Part shown: positions 9,923 through 19,064 of the stretch, in pieces | Position numbering within the stretch: the first letter of the stretch is position 1 | How the letters are laid out: every line of letters starts with the position of its first letter | Assembly: GCA_016839705.1 (NCBI GenBank) | Contig: JAEOTR010000016.1 | Span: 54,819 to 118,818 of the forward strand | From: Promethearchaeota archaeon | Lineage (GTDB): Archaea > Asgardarchaeota > Lokiarchaeia > Sigyniarchaeales > SOKP01 | Direction of reading: 5' to 3' | Length of the DNA: 64,000 bases | The notes under the pieces: generated by a model | The model's database searches: none | Told to the model about the DNA's origin: nothing | Seen by the model: only the letters and a program-made list of their open reading frames with translations | Made by a program: the position numbers and the translations under genes

Positions 9923-11069
9923 CTAAATCACTCATCAATTTATCTTTATCAAATGGAATAAAAATATTATCTAAAATTGAACCTGACGCTTGTTTTATTT
10001 TTAGATTATTAATTATATGCTTAAATCTTCCCCCTAAAAGCCCGTTTGCTATAAAAGTTGCACCTTGAGCAGCACGCTTAGCTATTTGACTATACGTTTT
10101 CATTATTCTCACAGGCGCTACATCACTCAATCCTTTTACAATCCTATCATTTAAATATCTAAGATCTGCACCTCTTCCTGCTAACAATATCTCCTTAATT
10201 TTTTCTTTTTTTGAAAAAGAAGAAGAAATTCCAAAAACTGCCTTTTTAACACTTGATATGTAAGCCTTTAGAGCAATTTTTACTTGTTCGTCATTCTCTG
10301 CTAATAAAGTGATTTCCTTGAGACTTAAATCAGAAAAACCTGCAATCGAAGCAACTCCTCCTTTATAGATGTTTTCTTTATGTATTTTTTTAATTAAATA
10401 TGCTAATTCACCGTCAAGGCTTCCACAAGCCCTAAAACCCATAATGTTGGAGCCTCCAATTCCATCAATTATTTGCCCATTTTCAATTGCTAAAACAGCG
10501 GTAAAACCATATCCAATTTCAACCATTATGAAATTTGTATCCTCTGGTTTACATTGATATGTTTCTATCTGATCTCTGATCCCCACAACAGCAGTGCACA
10601 ATTTATCCGCAGTTCCCATATCAATCTTGTTAATTTTACGATAATTAGGAACAGTGGGAAGGTGTTTAACACCGGGGACAATTACAGCTTTAGTCTTTTC
10701 TGCTTTAATAAGCCTTAGAATTTCACCGAGTCCTAGAAGTTTTTTTTGATCTTCTCTTTCAAATTTTAGTAAGGTAAAAAAAATGTCTTTCTCAGTTATA
10801 TCCTTGACATCTTTTAATGGAAGGCCAAAACCACTTGGGGCAACCATTAAATCAAGATTTTCAAGAGATCTAATCAGGTTTATAACTTTTTGAGGTTCTT
10901 GAACTATTTCCTTAGTAGGAACTGAAGTATCCAAAATTATTTCATTTCCTTTTAAAGCAAAGAAGTCCCACGACTTCGAACCAGGATCCACACCTAAGGC
11001 AGATAATTCTCGCAGAGTCACTTTATTCATGTTTTTAAATAAATCTATGATTTTAGAAAATTTAATCAA
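9918..11069 (-). CDS. DUF1464 family (acetate/butyrate-kinase-like ASKHA fold) protein
   Basis: GVDPGSKSWD, APSGFGLP, PGVKHLPTVP, KINKIDMGTADK, IIDGIGG and AAQGA. The true start may be slightly downstream. Confidence 0.75.
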   Translation of the reverse strand: MIKFSKIIDLFKNMNKVTLRELSALGVDPGSKSWDFFALKGNEIILDTSVPTKEIVQEPQKVINLIRSLENLDLMVAPSGFGLPLKDVKDITEKDIFFTLLKFEREDQKKLLGLGEILRLIKAEKTKAVIVPGVKHLPTVPNYRKINKIDMGTADKLCTAVVGIRDQIETYQCKPEDTNFIMVEIGYGFTAVLAIENGQIIDGIGGSNIMGFRACGSLDGELAYLIKKIHKENIYKGGVASIAGFSDLSLKEITLLAENDEQVKIALKAYISSVKKAVFGISSSFSKKEKIKEILLAGRGADLRYLNDRIVKGLSDVAPVRIMKTYSQIAKRAAQGATFIANGLLGGRFKHIINNLKIKQASGSILDNIFIPFDKDKLMSDLD

Positions 11070-11186
11070 TAATAAGGATATTCATTCTACTTTTAGATTT
11101 TAAGTTAAAATTATTTATATTTGGATGACTTTCTAGTCATAATTCAATTATACAAATAAAATGAATGAAGTAAATTCAATTTAAAA

Positions 11187-11735
11187 TTGGGAGTAAAAAT
11201 TATGGCAGTTACAGTTTGGGTATGTAAAATATGTGGAGAAGCCTATATTACTACTACGGATAAACCTGCAAGATGCCCTTTTTGTGGAGCTTATGAGAAA
11301 TATCTCATAGATTCAAAAGATTATGATGACACTGGAGATTGGGATGTTGAATTAAATGAAACTGATAAAGCTAACGCTGAAAAGGCTATAGGGGTAGAAA
11401 TTTCTAATGCACTTTTTTATAAATGTTCTGCAAAAAAAGTTAAGGAAATCGATGGTATAAAGCTATTTAAGATACTAGCTAAGGTTGAGAGTGAACATGC
11501 AGCTGTATGGAAGAAAATCTTAAAATTAGATAAGATTAAATGGGAACCCGCAGAGAATTGTGAAATAGACTACAAAGCAGACTTAAAAGATTCTCATGCT
11601 AGAGAGGAGAGAGCCATAAAGTTTTATGGTGAAGCTGCTGCCGCTGCAGAGAATCCTCGAGTAAAAGAAATTTTCCAGGCTTTTGTTGAGGTTGAAACAG
11701 ATCATTTAAAATTATCTGAAGAAAGGCTTAAATAA
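11187..11735 (+). CDS. Rubrerythrin-like protein (N-terminal rubredoxin-like domain plus ferritin-like domain)
   Basis: WVCKICG...CPFCGA followed by diiron motifs E-x-EH (VESEH), EERA and VETDH. Confidence 0.85.
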   Translation: MGVKIMAVTVWVCKICGEAYITTTDKPARCPFCGAYEKYLIDSKDYDDTGDWDVELNETDKANAEKAIGVEISNALFYKCSAKKVKEIDGIKLFKILAKVESEHAAVWKKILKLDKIKWEPAENCEIDYKADLKDSHAREERAIKFYGEAAAAAENPRVKEIFQAFVEVETDHLKLSEERLK

Positions 11736-11781
11736 TTAGTATTAGTTTATATTTTTTTTTCTATTTTATTTATTTAGGAAC

Positions 11782-12771
11782 ATGGTTGAAACAGAAGAAG
11801 GATTTATCTTTAATATTCAACGGTTTTCGACCGAAGATGGACCTGGCATTCGGACTACTGTGTTCTTTAAACAATGTCCATTAAAATGTATTTGGTGTCA
11901 TAATCCTGAGTCAATTTTAAAGGATAGACAACTTGAATGGTTAAAACATAAATGTATTGGATGTAATAGCTGTATTGAAATATGCAAACATAAGGCACTT
12001 TTCTTCAACGAAAGTGGATTAATAATTGATAGAGATATATGTACAAGTTGTGGGGAGTGTTCGGATGAGTGTCCTAGTACTGCTCTACATATGTGGGGTG
12101 AATATTGGAATTCAAATGATTTATTTAAAGAAATTCAAAAAGATAAGGTGTATTATACTCAATCGAAGGGAGGGGTTACTGTTTCTGGAGGTGAGCCTAC
12201 AATTCAATCAGATTTTATCCTAAAATTTCTGAAAATGTGTAAGGAGGACGGCATTAACACTGCTCTTGATACGTGTGGATATGCCCCAGAACATATTTAC
12301 CGAAAACTATTACCCTATGTTGATCTTGTGTTATTTGATATCAAGGAAATTGATATGGAGAAGCATAAACAATTCACGAGTATACCAAATGATTTAATCT
12401 TACGGAACGCTATTTGGCTTGCTGATTACATACGAAATAATAACAAACAGTTATGGGTAAGAACTCCTATAATTCCAAATTATACCGCAACTGAAGAAAA
12501 TATTAGAGCTATTGGAGAATTTATAGTGCATAAGTTGGGTAACACCCCCGAACGTTGGGATCTACTGGCTTTTAATAACTTATGTTCTGCAAAATATGAA
12601 CGTTTAAATCTTGAATGGCCCCTTAAAGATGAGCATTTAATGTTGAAAGCCCAAATGGAACACTTTTTAGAAATCGCAACAGGTACAGGAGTTAGAAATC
12701 CAAAATGGTCAGGTTTAGTTAAAAAACTAGAAGATAAAGAAGAAAATAAAAAAAGTATGGGAGTATTATAG
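11782..12771 (+). CDS. Glycyl-radical enzyme activating enzyme with ferredoxin insert
   Basis: IQRFSTEDGPGIRTTVFFKQCPLKCIWCHNPES, two ferredoxin-like Cys clusters, GGVTVSGGEP and DTCG. Confidence 0.9.
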   Translation: MVETEEGFIFNIQRFSTEDGPGIRTTVFFKQCPLKCIWCHNPESILKDRQLEWLKHKCIGCNSCIEICKHKALFFNESGLIIDRDICTSCGECSDECPSTALHMWGEYWNSNDLFKEIQKDKVYYTQSKGGVTVSGGEPTIQSDFILKFLKMCKEDGINTALDTCGYAPEHIYRKLLPYVDLVLFDIKEIDMEKHKQFTSIPNDLILRNAIWLADYIRNNNKQLWVRTPIIPNYTATEENIRAIGEFIVHKLGNTPERWDLLAFNNLCSAKYERLNLEWPLKDEHLMLKAQMEHFLEIATGTGVRNPKWSGLVKKLEDKEENKKSMGVL

Positions 12772-12776
12772 TTCCT

Positions 12777-13478
12777 ATGAGTTTTGATCCATTAGATTTT
12801 GGATTAAAGAAAGATTATTTGTATGAAATAATCGCCACTTCATATTCGATCACTAACGATGGTACCACAATCAAGCCAAATGCTTCCTGCATGGGCATTA
12901 GATTGGTAGAAAACAATATAATACAGATAAAACCATTTTACACGACATCCACTTATCAAAATTTAAAAAATAATAGTATTATTACTCTAAATTTTATTGA
13001 TGATGTGTATTTATATGCTATTGCTGCATTAAAAGATCCTAATTCTCCAATAGGGTTAGTTGAATTTCCCATTAAATATTATGAATTTAAACATCTAGAA
13101 TCTCTTAGCATGGATATACCATATATTAAAAGTGCTTGGGGCATTTTAACCTGTAAAGTTTATAAAGAATTTCAGGAAATTAAAAAAAACGATTTAGGAG
13201 AAACAATTGTACCAATTTTTCGTTTAGAAGTCATTTCAAGTGATTTATTTGAAGTATCCCATAAACTGTTTAATCGAGCAGAAAATTTAGCTTTAGAGGT
13301 AATAATATTAGCGACACGTTTAAAAATCGCTATAAAAAACAAGGATGAGCCCTTAATCTCAAAAATTTTTAATAAAATTAAGGAAAACTTCAATGATGTT
13401 AAAAGATTCGGTAAAAATGAAAAAGCTATAAAGACAATCGAATTAGTGGATAATTATATTAGTAAGTTAATGCAGTAA
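12777..13478 (+). CDS. DUF447 family protein (split-barrel/FMN-binding-like)
   Basis: YEIIAT...PNASCMGI...T-x-T-x2-N and FNRAENLALEVIILATR. Located next to mptD and the RFAP synthase. Confidence 0.7.
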   Translation: MSFDPLDFGLKKDYLYEIIATSYSITNDGTTIKPNASCMGIRLVENNIIQIKPFYTTSTYQNLKNNSIITLNFIDDVYLYAIAALKDPNSPIGLVEFPIKYYEFKHLESLSMDIPYIKSAWGILTCKVYKEFQEIKKNDLGETIVPIFRLEVISSDLFEVSHKLFNRAENLALEVIILATRLKIAIKNKDEPLISKIFNKIKENFNDVKRFGKNEKAIKTIELVDNYISKLMQ

Positions 13479-13498
13479 TCTTATATATAAAAAAACAA

Positions 13499-13894
13499 TT
13501 ATTCAAATTTACTTATTTTTTCAATAAACATGAGAGGATATTGTAATTCTTCAATCCAATCCACCTTTGCTAGAACTTCAATATCTTCATACCTAAGAAT
13601 TAGTTCGGCACGAATAATTTTTCCTGTAATCTCATCATAATTAAAAGGTGTATTTTTATTTGCGACGATTTTCTCTTTGTCTAGAATAATCATTACTGAC
13701 TCCACAAAGGGTTGACAAGAGATTGCGGCTTCAATTCCTTTTTCAATTGAATTAATTATTTTGTCATCAGAACTTACAGGAATCCCACTCATTATATGAT
13801 AAAGCGCACCGAGTTTTATACCTGTTTCAAAACAGGCTCTTTCTCTATTAGTTAAATCTGGTGAAAAATATATTTTTTCAATATTATCGGGCAT
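13499..13894 (-). CDS. mptD: Archaeal dihydroneopterin aldolase
   Basis: RERACFETGIKLGALYH, SIEKGIEAAISCQPFV and ELQYPLM. Confidence 0.82.
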   Translation of the reverse strand: MPDNIEKIYFSPDLTNRERACFETGIKLGALYHIMSGIPVSSDDKIINSIEKGIEAAISCQPFVESVMIILDKEKIVANKNTPFNYDEITGKIIRAELILRYEDIEVLAKVDWIEELQYPLMFIEKISKFE

Positions 13895-13900
13895 CGAAAA

Positions 13901-14920
13901 TCAATCAATATATTCTATTCTTGCTCCAGAATTATTTGGTTTACAAATATAAATATGACCCCCACCATTTTTCTGATTCTTTTGAACTGTTTTCAAGAGT
14001 TCTTCTGCTTCTGAATCTGATTCTACAATTCCCACTACACTAGGGCCAAAGGAAGACATCCCATAAGCTTTTAAACCATACTCTTCGAAGAATTTTAGCA
14101 AATCCTTTACTATTTGATGTTGTAGGTTAATTTCTATTTTTTTAAATCCAATAGATTGTATCCGTTTTAAACCATCCCCAAAACACTTTAAATCATTCTT
14201 AATAATTCCGGGAATGATCTTCATTATTATTTGATGAGAAACCTCGTTTACTTCTCTTTGAGGAATTGGGGCATAATTTTGAAAAACTCTGATTTCTTCA
14301 TCTCCGTAAGCTCCTTTCTTAACATTTGGGATCACTAAAACAAATCGCCAATTATCAGGTATATTATGTCTAGAAAGTGTTATCGCGGGATTGGACGAAG
14401 ATGAGGCAGATGATGGTAAAAAACTTTCCTTCTCTTTTCCTTTCCCATAATCATGTCCACCGTCTAAAATGAAACCTCCCGTTTCAAAACCCCTCCAGCC
14501 TATTCCAGAAGTTCCCCCTCGCTCAACGAGTTGAGTCAATTCTTTAATCGAAAGCTTGTTATACTTCTTTAACTTAGTTATTGCAGTAATGATTGCTAAA
14601 GACAATTGAGTTTTTGAACCCAACCCTACATGTGAAGGAAAGTATCTTTTAAGATTGAAGTGGAAATTTTTGTTACTGATATTAAAGGTTTTAAAAACTT
14701 TTGAAGCAATCTCATTTATTACTTCTATTGATTCTCTATAGTATTTATGAGCTTCAATTGAAAATTCTTCAGCACTGTTTGAGGCTTCAAACACGACGTT
14801 AGGGCGATCTAACATAAGACCTATACCGCCATCAACTCGACCGGTGTACCCATTCTCGTCTATTAAGGAAAGGTGTATACGACATGGGGTTGTTATTCTT
14901 AAGGAAGTCATATTGTTCAA
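13901..14920 (-). CDS. mptG: Beta-ribofuranosylaminobenzene 5'-phosphate (RFAP) synthase
   Basis: PCRIHLSLID, GRVDGGIG, HVGLGSKTQ, RGGTSGIG, GGFILDGGH, FLPSSAS and GMSSFGP. Confidence 0.88.
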   Translation of the reverse strand: MNNMTSLRITTPCRIHLSLIDENGYTGRVDGGIGLMLDRPNVVFEASNSAEEFSIEAHKYYRESIEVINEIASKVFKTFNISNKNFHFNLKRYFPSHVGLGSKTQLSLAIITAITKLKKYNKLSIKELTQLVERGGTSGIGWRGFETGGFILDGGHDYGKGKEKESFLPSSASSSSNPAITLSRHNIPDNWRFVLVIPNVKKGAYGDEEIRVFQNYAPIPQREVNEVSHQIIMKIIPGIIKNDLKCFGDGLKRIQSIGFKKIEINLQHQIVKDLLKFFEEYGLKAYGMSSFGPSVVGIVESDSEAEELLKTVQKNQKNGGGHIYICKPNNSGARIEYID

Positions 14921-15123
14921 TTTAGAAGTACACTTTCAACTATGGTTTAGAATTTTTATAATAATATAAATATATTTTAAAGCAGAATTTTAAAATTGAA
15001 GGCTTTTTAACATAAATTTCCCTATCACCCAGAGATAGGCTCTTTATTAACAATCAAAGAATTTTTCTATTAGATTTTGCTATAAAGTTTATTACTTAAA
15101 TTCATAATTTTTAGGTTATATTA

Positions 15124-16518
15124 TTGAGTGATCTAGAAGGATTAACAAGAAATTTATTAAAAAAAGGGTATACGGACCAGCAAATCATTCAAAGACTAGT
15201 CAAGGAATATCATGACTTTAAAGAAATTGAGGATGCCTCAGCTATAAAACTTGCGACAGCCATCTTAGATGAATGTCAAAAAAGCGACAAAAATCAAATA
15301 AAGGACTCTTTTATTAAAGAATTATTAGACATAAATAAAGCCGAAGTTACAGTAGGCGAGCAAGGTGTGGGATGTAGAGGTGCAGGAGATTTTTTTGTTC
15401 ATAAAATAATCGCTGAATTATCAGAAACAGGATCCAAAGCTTTTTTAGCACCCACCTCCCTAGATGATGCAGGAGCAGTCAAGTTGCAAGATATTAAAGA
15501 TAGTAACAATTTTTTAGTCTCTGGAGAAAATTTGTTTATTGTAACAAAAATGGAAGGGATTCATTCTCGTTTAAGCGATTTTCCATTTATCTGTGGATTT
15601 CATGTCACTCGAGCGTGTTTAAGGGATTTACTTGTTAAAGGAGCCAAACCTATTTCTATAATGGTTGATGTTCACTTAGGTGATGATGCAGATGTAAGTA
15701 AACTTTTTGATTTTATGGCAGGAGTCTCTTCAATTTCAGAATTAGCAAAAGTTCCAATTACTGCAGGTTCAACATTGAGAATAGGCGGTGATATGGTAAT
15801 TGGTGATCGATTAGTCGGAGGTGTAAGTGCTGTTGGCATATGTAATAATTTATTAGCCAGAAGAAATATTTCAATTGGTGATAAAATATTAATGACTGAG
15901 GGTGCTGGTGGAGGCACAATAACTACAACCGCAATCTATTCTGGTAATCATAATGTTGCAAAAGAAACCATAAATATCAAATTTCTTGAAGCTTGTGAAT
16001 TACTATTAAATTCTGATTATCTAAAAGATATTAGGGCTATGTGTGATGTTACTAATGGGGGTCTTCGAGGGGATCTCTATGAAATAAACTATGAGGCTAA
16101 TTGTGGGGTGACAATTTATGAAAAAGAGGTTAAAAAACTTGTGAATCAGAACGTGTTAAATCTTTTAGAGAAAGTGCAAATAGATTACTTGGGTGTATCT
16201 CTAGATGCACTCCTAATTTATTGCTCAGAATCTATTTCAAAAAAGATCATTTCAGATTTAAAGAGTATAAATATTGAATGTGCTGAAATTGGTTTCGTCG
16301 ATGGTTCTAGGGAAGTATCCATGATCTATTCCGATGAATTGAAAAAGAAAATCTTGCCACGATTTAGAGAGTCAGCATATACAAAGGTGAAACAAGTGAT
16401 TGGTGAAGAAACTCCAGAATTAATAGGAGAAATGGAAAAGAAAATTGAAGTAGCAGCCAACGCTGCTTTAGAAAAGCGGGAGAAGATTATCAAATATATT
16501 AAAAATATTCATTCTTAA
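15124..16518 (+). CDS. AIR synthase-related protein (PurM/HypE/ThiL superfamily), archaeal type
   Basis: DLEG, GVGCRGAGDF, DDAG, GIHSRLSDFPF, GSTLRIGGDM, DVTNGGLRGD and PRFRESAYT. Confidence 0.8.
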   Translation: MSDLEGLTRNLLKKGYTDQQIIQRLVKEYHDFKEIEDASAIKLATAILDECQKSDKNQIKDSFIKELLDINKAEVTVGEQGVGCRGAGDFFVHKIIAELSETGSKAFLAPTSLDDAGAVKLQDIKDSNNFLVSGENLFIVTKMEGIHSRLSDFPFICGFHVTRACLRDLLVKGAKPISIMVDVHLGDDADVSKLFDFMAGVSSISELAKVPITAGSTLRIGGDMVIGDRLVGGVSAVGICNNLLARRNISIGDKILMTEGAGGGTITTTAIYSGNHNVAKETINIKFLEACELLLNSDYLKDIRAMCDVTNGGLRGDLYEINYEANCGVTIYEKEVKKLVNQNVLNLLEKVQIDYLGVSLDALLIYCSESISKKIISDLKSINIECAEIGFVDGSREVSMIYSDELKKKILPRFRESAYTKVKQVIGEETPELIGEMEKKIEVAANAALEKREKIIKYIKNIHS

Positions 16519-17339
16519 TTGAGTGTAAGAACTTCATTCATCGAACCAGAGCGAAACCCTTCTAAGTCAAAAGTGACGTAACTAAAACCTAATTCCTTAA
16601 ATTTTTCTTTAATTAAACTGATGTTTTCAGGTGTTAGAACTTTCTGAAAATCTTCTTGTAATAATTCAATTCGAGCTAAAGAATTTTCATGGTGTCTAAC
16701 TCTTAATTGTTTCAGATTAAAAGTGTTTTTCAAAAATTTCTCTCCTTCCCTTATCCGATTTAATTTTTCCTCATTTATCTCCTGTCCATATGGAACTCTT
16801 GAGGAAAAGCAAGCCATAGACGGTTTTGACTGAACAGATAAGTTAAAAAACTTGCTAAGTTCCCGAATTTCTTGTTTGTTTATATTATATTCAATATATG
16901 GGGTAAAAATGTTTAACTCCTTCAATGCTTGCATTCCTGGACGATAATCTAAGAGATCATCTGCATTTGATCCATCCAAGATGGTATCAAATTTTTTTTC
17001 TATTCTCACATTAATAATATCTTCATAAAGACCAGTTTTACATAGATAGCATCTATTTTCTGGATTACATTGGAAATCTTTATCTTTTAACGGATCTCGT
17101 TCAATTATTCTATGAGGGATATTATGTGAATTAGCAAAGTGACTTGCTTCATCAATTTCCTCATCAGGATATAGGATGGTTTTTTCAGTTATAAGCAAAG
17201 TTTCTTTAGCATACCTACTTGAGAGATAGGCTAAGAGTGAGCTATCCACGCCTCCAGAAAAAGCCACAATTACTTTTTTTCCCTTTAGATATGAAATAAT
17301 ATTTTCTAACTTCTTTTCTATGTTATTTGGGAGTTCCAT
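16515..17339 (-). CDS. larE: LarE-family ATP-dependent sulfur transferase
   Basis: PP-loop AFSGGVDS, RCYLCK, DGSNADD-x2-DYRPG, ACFSSR, RVRHH and GFRSGSMN. Confidence 0.88.
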   Translation of the reverse strand: MELPNNIEKKLENIISYLKGKKVIVAFSGGVDSSLLAYLSSRYAKETLLITEKTILYPDEEIDEASHFANSHNIPHRIIERDPLKDKDFQCNPENRCYLCKTGLYEDIINVRIEKKFDTILDGSNADDLLDYRPGMQALKELNIFTPYIEYNINKQEIRELSKFFNLSVQSKPSMACFSSRVPYGQEINEEKLNRIREGEKFLKNTFNLKQLRVRHHENSLARIELLQEDFQKVLTPENISLIKEKFKELGFSYVTFDLEGFRSGSMNEVLTLN

Positions 17340-17450
17340 AATACAGTTTTAAAATCATTTGATAGAAAATGTATAGTATTGTACAAAATAAAAATTTCGA
17401 TTATAGGTTAAAAATTATAAAATCGAAAAAAAATGTAAAAATGAGGATAT

Positions 17451-18254
17451 TTACCATTTAAAGTTAGGATTAAAAAACAGTATAGAGTTAAGCTTCTGTA
17501 ACGTGATGAAAACTATTACATAATACCAGGTTAAAGCACTAAAAAGCATTATCCATTCCAGAAATTGTCTTGTTAATGGTTCTGGGGCAATCATAAATAC
17601 TATCGAAGCAGTTGATGGACCCAATATCATAAAATAGCCAACTGCTTTTGGAAATAATCTTCTTTTTAATACAATCGCGAGGCCTGTGAAAAATGCACCA
17701 AAGGCGAAACCTCCAAAGGCTAATGAAGAAAAGTAAAAATGGGCATCCAATGGGGAACGATCTAAGCTAAACACACCAACAAAGAACATACCAAATATCC
17801 CCACAAAAAGACATACAACACCCATATATCCAAAAATTCTTCTAAATTTGATTACATTCCGAGAACGTTTTGTGTTATCTATATCTTCAATCATATGTGA
17901 ACTATAGAGCCTACTAAGATTTAAAATTAAGGGAACAATGAAAATTGCAGATATAGTACATGTTAAATCAAGAATATACGGTGCGGGAGTATATTTAATT
18001 GAACCTAAATCACTAATCCAATTCAACCATAAGTTATAAGGAATTGGACCATAAGTTAGTGCAATAATCAGACCAAGGATTATACCTGGTAAAAAGGTTG
18101 CTAAACTAATATAAATTGAAATTTTCACAATTTTCGGTTCAGTTACCTTTTCATAAAACTTCTTACTATTTCGCTTAATTCTCATGAACTTCGGATTTAC
18201 AAAATCCACACAAAATTTATTAAATCGTTCCAAATAAGTTTCTTTTTCGCTCAT
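17451..18254 (-). CDS. Multi-pass membrane protein (DUF998-like)
   Basis: About 5-6 hydrophobic segments with NWISDLG, VGVFS...H and LEW motifs. Confidence 0.6.
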   Translation of the reverse strand: MSEKETYLERFNKFCVDFVNPKFMRIKRNSKKFYEKVTEPKIVKISIYISLATFLPGIILGLIIALTYGPIPYNLWLNWISDLGSIKYTPAPYILDLTCTISAIFIVPLILNLSRLYSSHMIEDIDNTKRSRNVIKFRRIFGYMGVVCLFVGIFGMFFVGVFSLDRSPLDAHFYFSSLAFGGFAFGAFFTGLAIVLKRRLFPKAVGYFMILGPSTASIVFMIAPEPLTRQFLEWIMLFSALTWYYVIVFITLQKLNSILFFNPNFKW

Positions 18255-18427
18255 TTTATTTCTCTATAATAGTTTCATTAATTTATCATCGATAATAAAG
18301 TTTCTCTAACTCCAAAATTGATTTCAGAGTAAAATTAACCCGTTTTTCTTATTTATGTTATAGATTTTATCTATTTATTTCTACCTTTTTCATCAAATTC
18401 TTTTTAAATTAAAAAAAAATACGAAGA

Positions 18428-18454
18428 TTTAAATACTGTGTTTAATATAGTATT
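18428..18454 (+). promoter_or_regulatory. Putative TATA box (TTTAAATA, 18428-18435) overlapped by an inverted repeat AATACT-N11-AGTATT (candidate PadR operator)
   Basis: Sequence acgaagaTTTAAATACTgtgtttaatatAGTATT lies about 60-85 nt upstream of the PadR gene. The arms extend to a 9/11 match. Confidence 0.5.
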
Positions 18455-18512
18455 CATAAGATAATATAGAATAAATACTATATAAATTAAAAATAAAACA
18501 AATAAAAAGGAG

Positions 18513-19064
18513 TTGATAGCTATTATTAAACGCGTAAAGGAATTAGGGTCTAATGCGTTAATCGCTTCAAGAGAATTTCGAGATTACGTTGAAAAACAAG
18601 AAACGGAGATTAATCGAGGAATAAGCTCTCTTTGTATATTATCAATTCTAATGCAAACAGAGGAAAAAGAACTCCATGGATATAAAATTTTAAAAGATCT
18701 CACAAAGAAGACAAATGAGATGTTAATTATCGAAGAGGGAACACTTTACCCAATACTAAGAAAACTAGAAGAAGATAACATCATTAGTTCAAGAAAAGAA
18801 GAAACTGGAAGAAAAAAGAAATTCTATTGCATGACTGAATATGGAAAACAAGTCTTTAATCACCTCGCAGGATTTTATTCAAAACTAACTGAAGCGATCG
18901 CACCTTTATTTGATGTAAAGGTTGATTTACAACAAGAAAAATACTTTTATTGTCCAATGTGTGCCAATAAAATTGATCTTTCGAATAAAGAACTAAAATT
19001 TTGTACAATTTGTGGTTATAATATTGAACAAGAATTAATTGAAAGAGGTTTAAGAAATGAGTGA
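18513..19064 (+). CDS. PadR family transcriptional regulator with C-terminal double zinc ribbon
   Basis: LHGYKI, EEGTLYPILRKLE and RKKKFYCMTEYG; C-terminal CPMC...CTICG. Confidence 0.88.
   Translation: MIAIIKRVKELGSNALIASREFRDYVEKQETEINRGISSLCILSILMQTEEKELHGYKILKDLTKKTNEMLIIEEGTLYPILRKLEEDNIISSRKEETGRKKKFYCMTEYGKQVFNHLAGFYSKLTEAIAPLFDVKVDLQQEKYFYCPMCANKIDLSNKELKFCTICGYNIEQELIERGLRNE

Noticed and set aside
15019-15040. Resemblance of the palindrome to the tetO operator
   Set aside because: The spacer length differs and there is no TetR gene in the window; considered coincidental.
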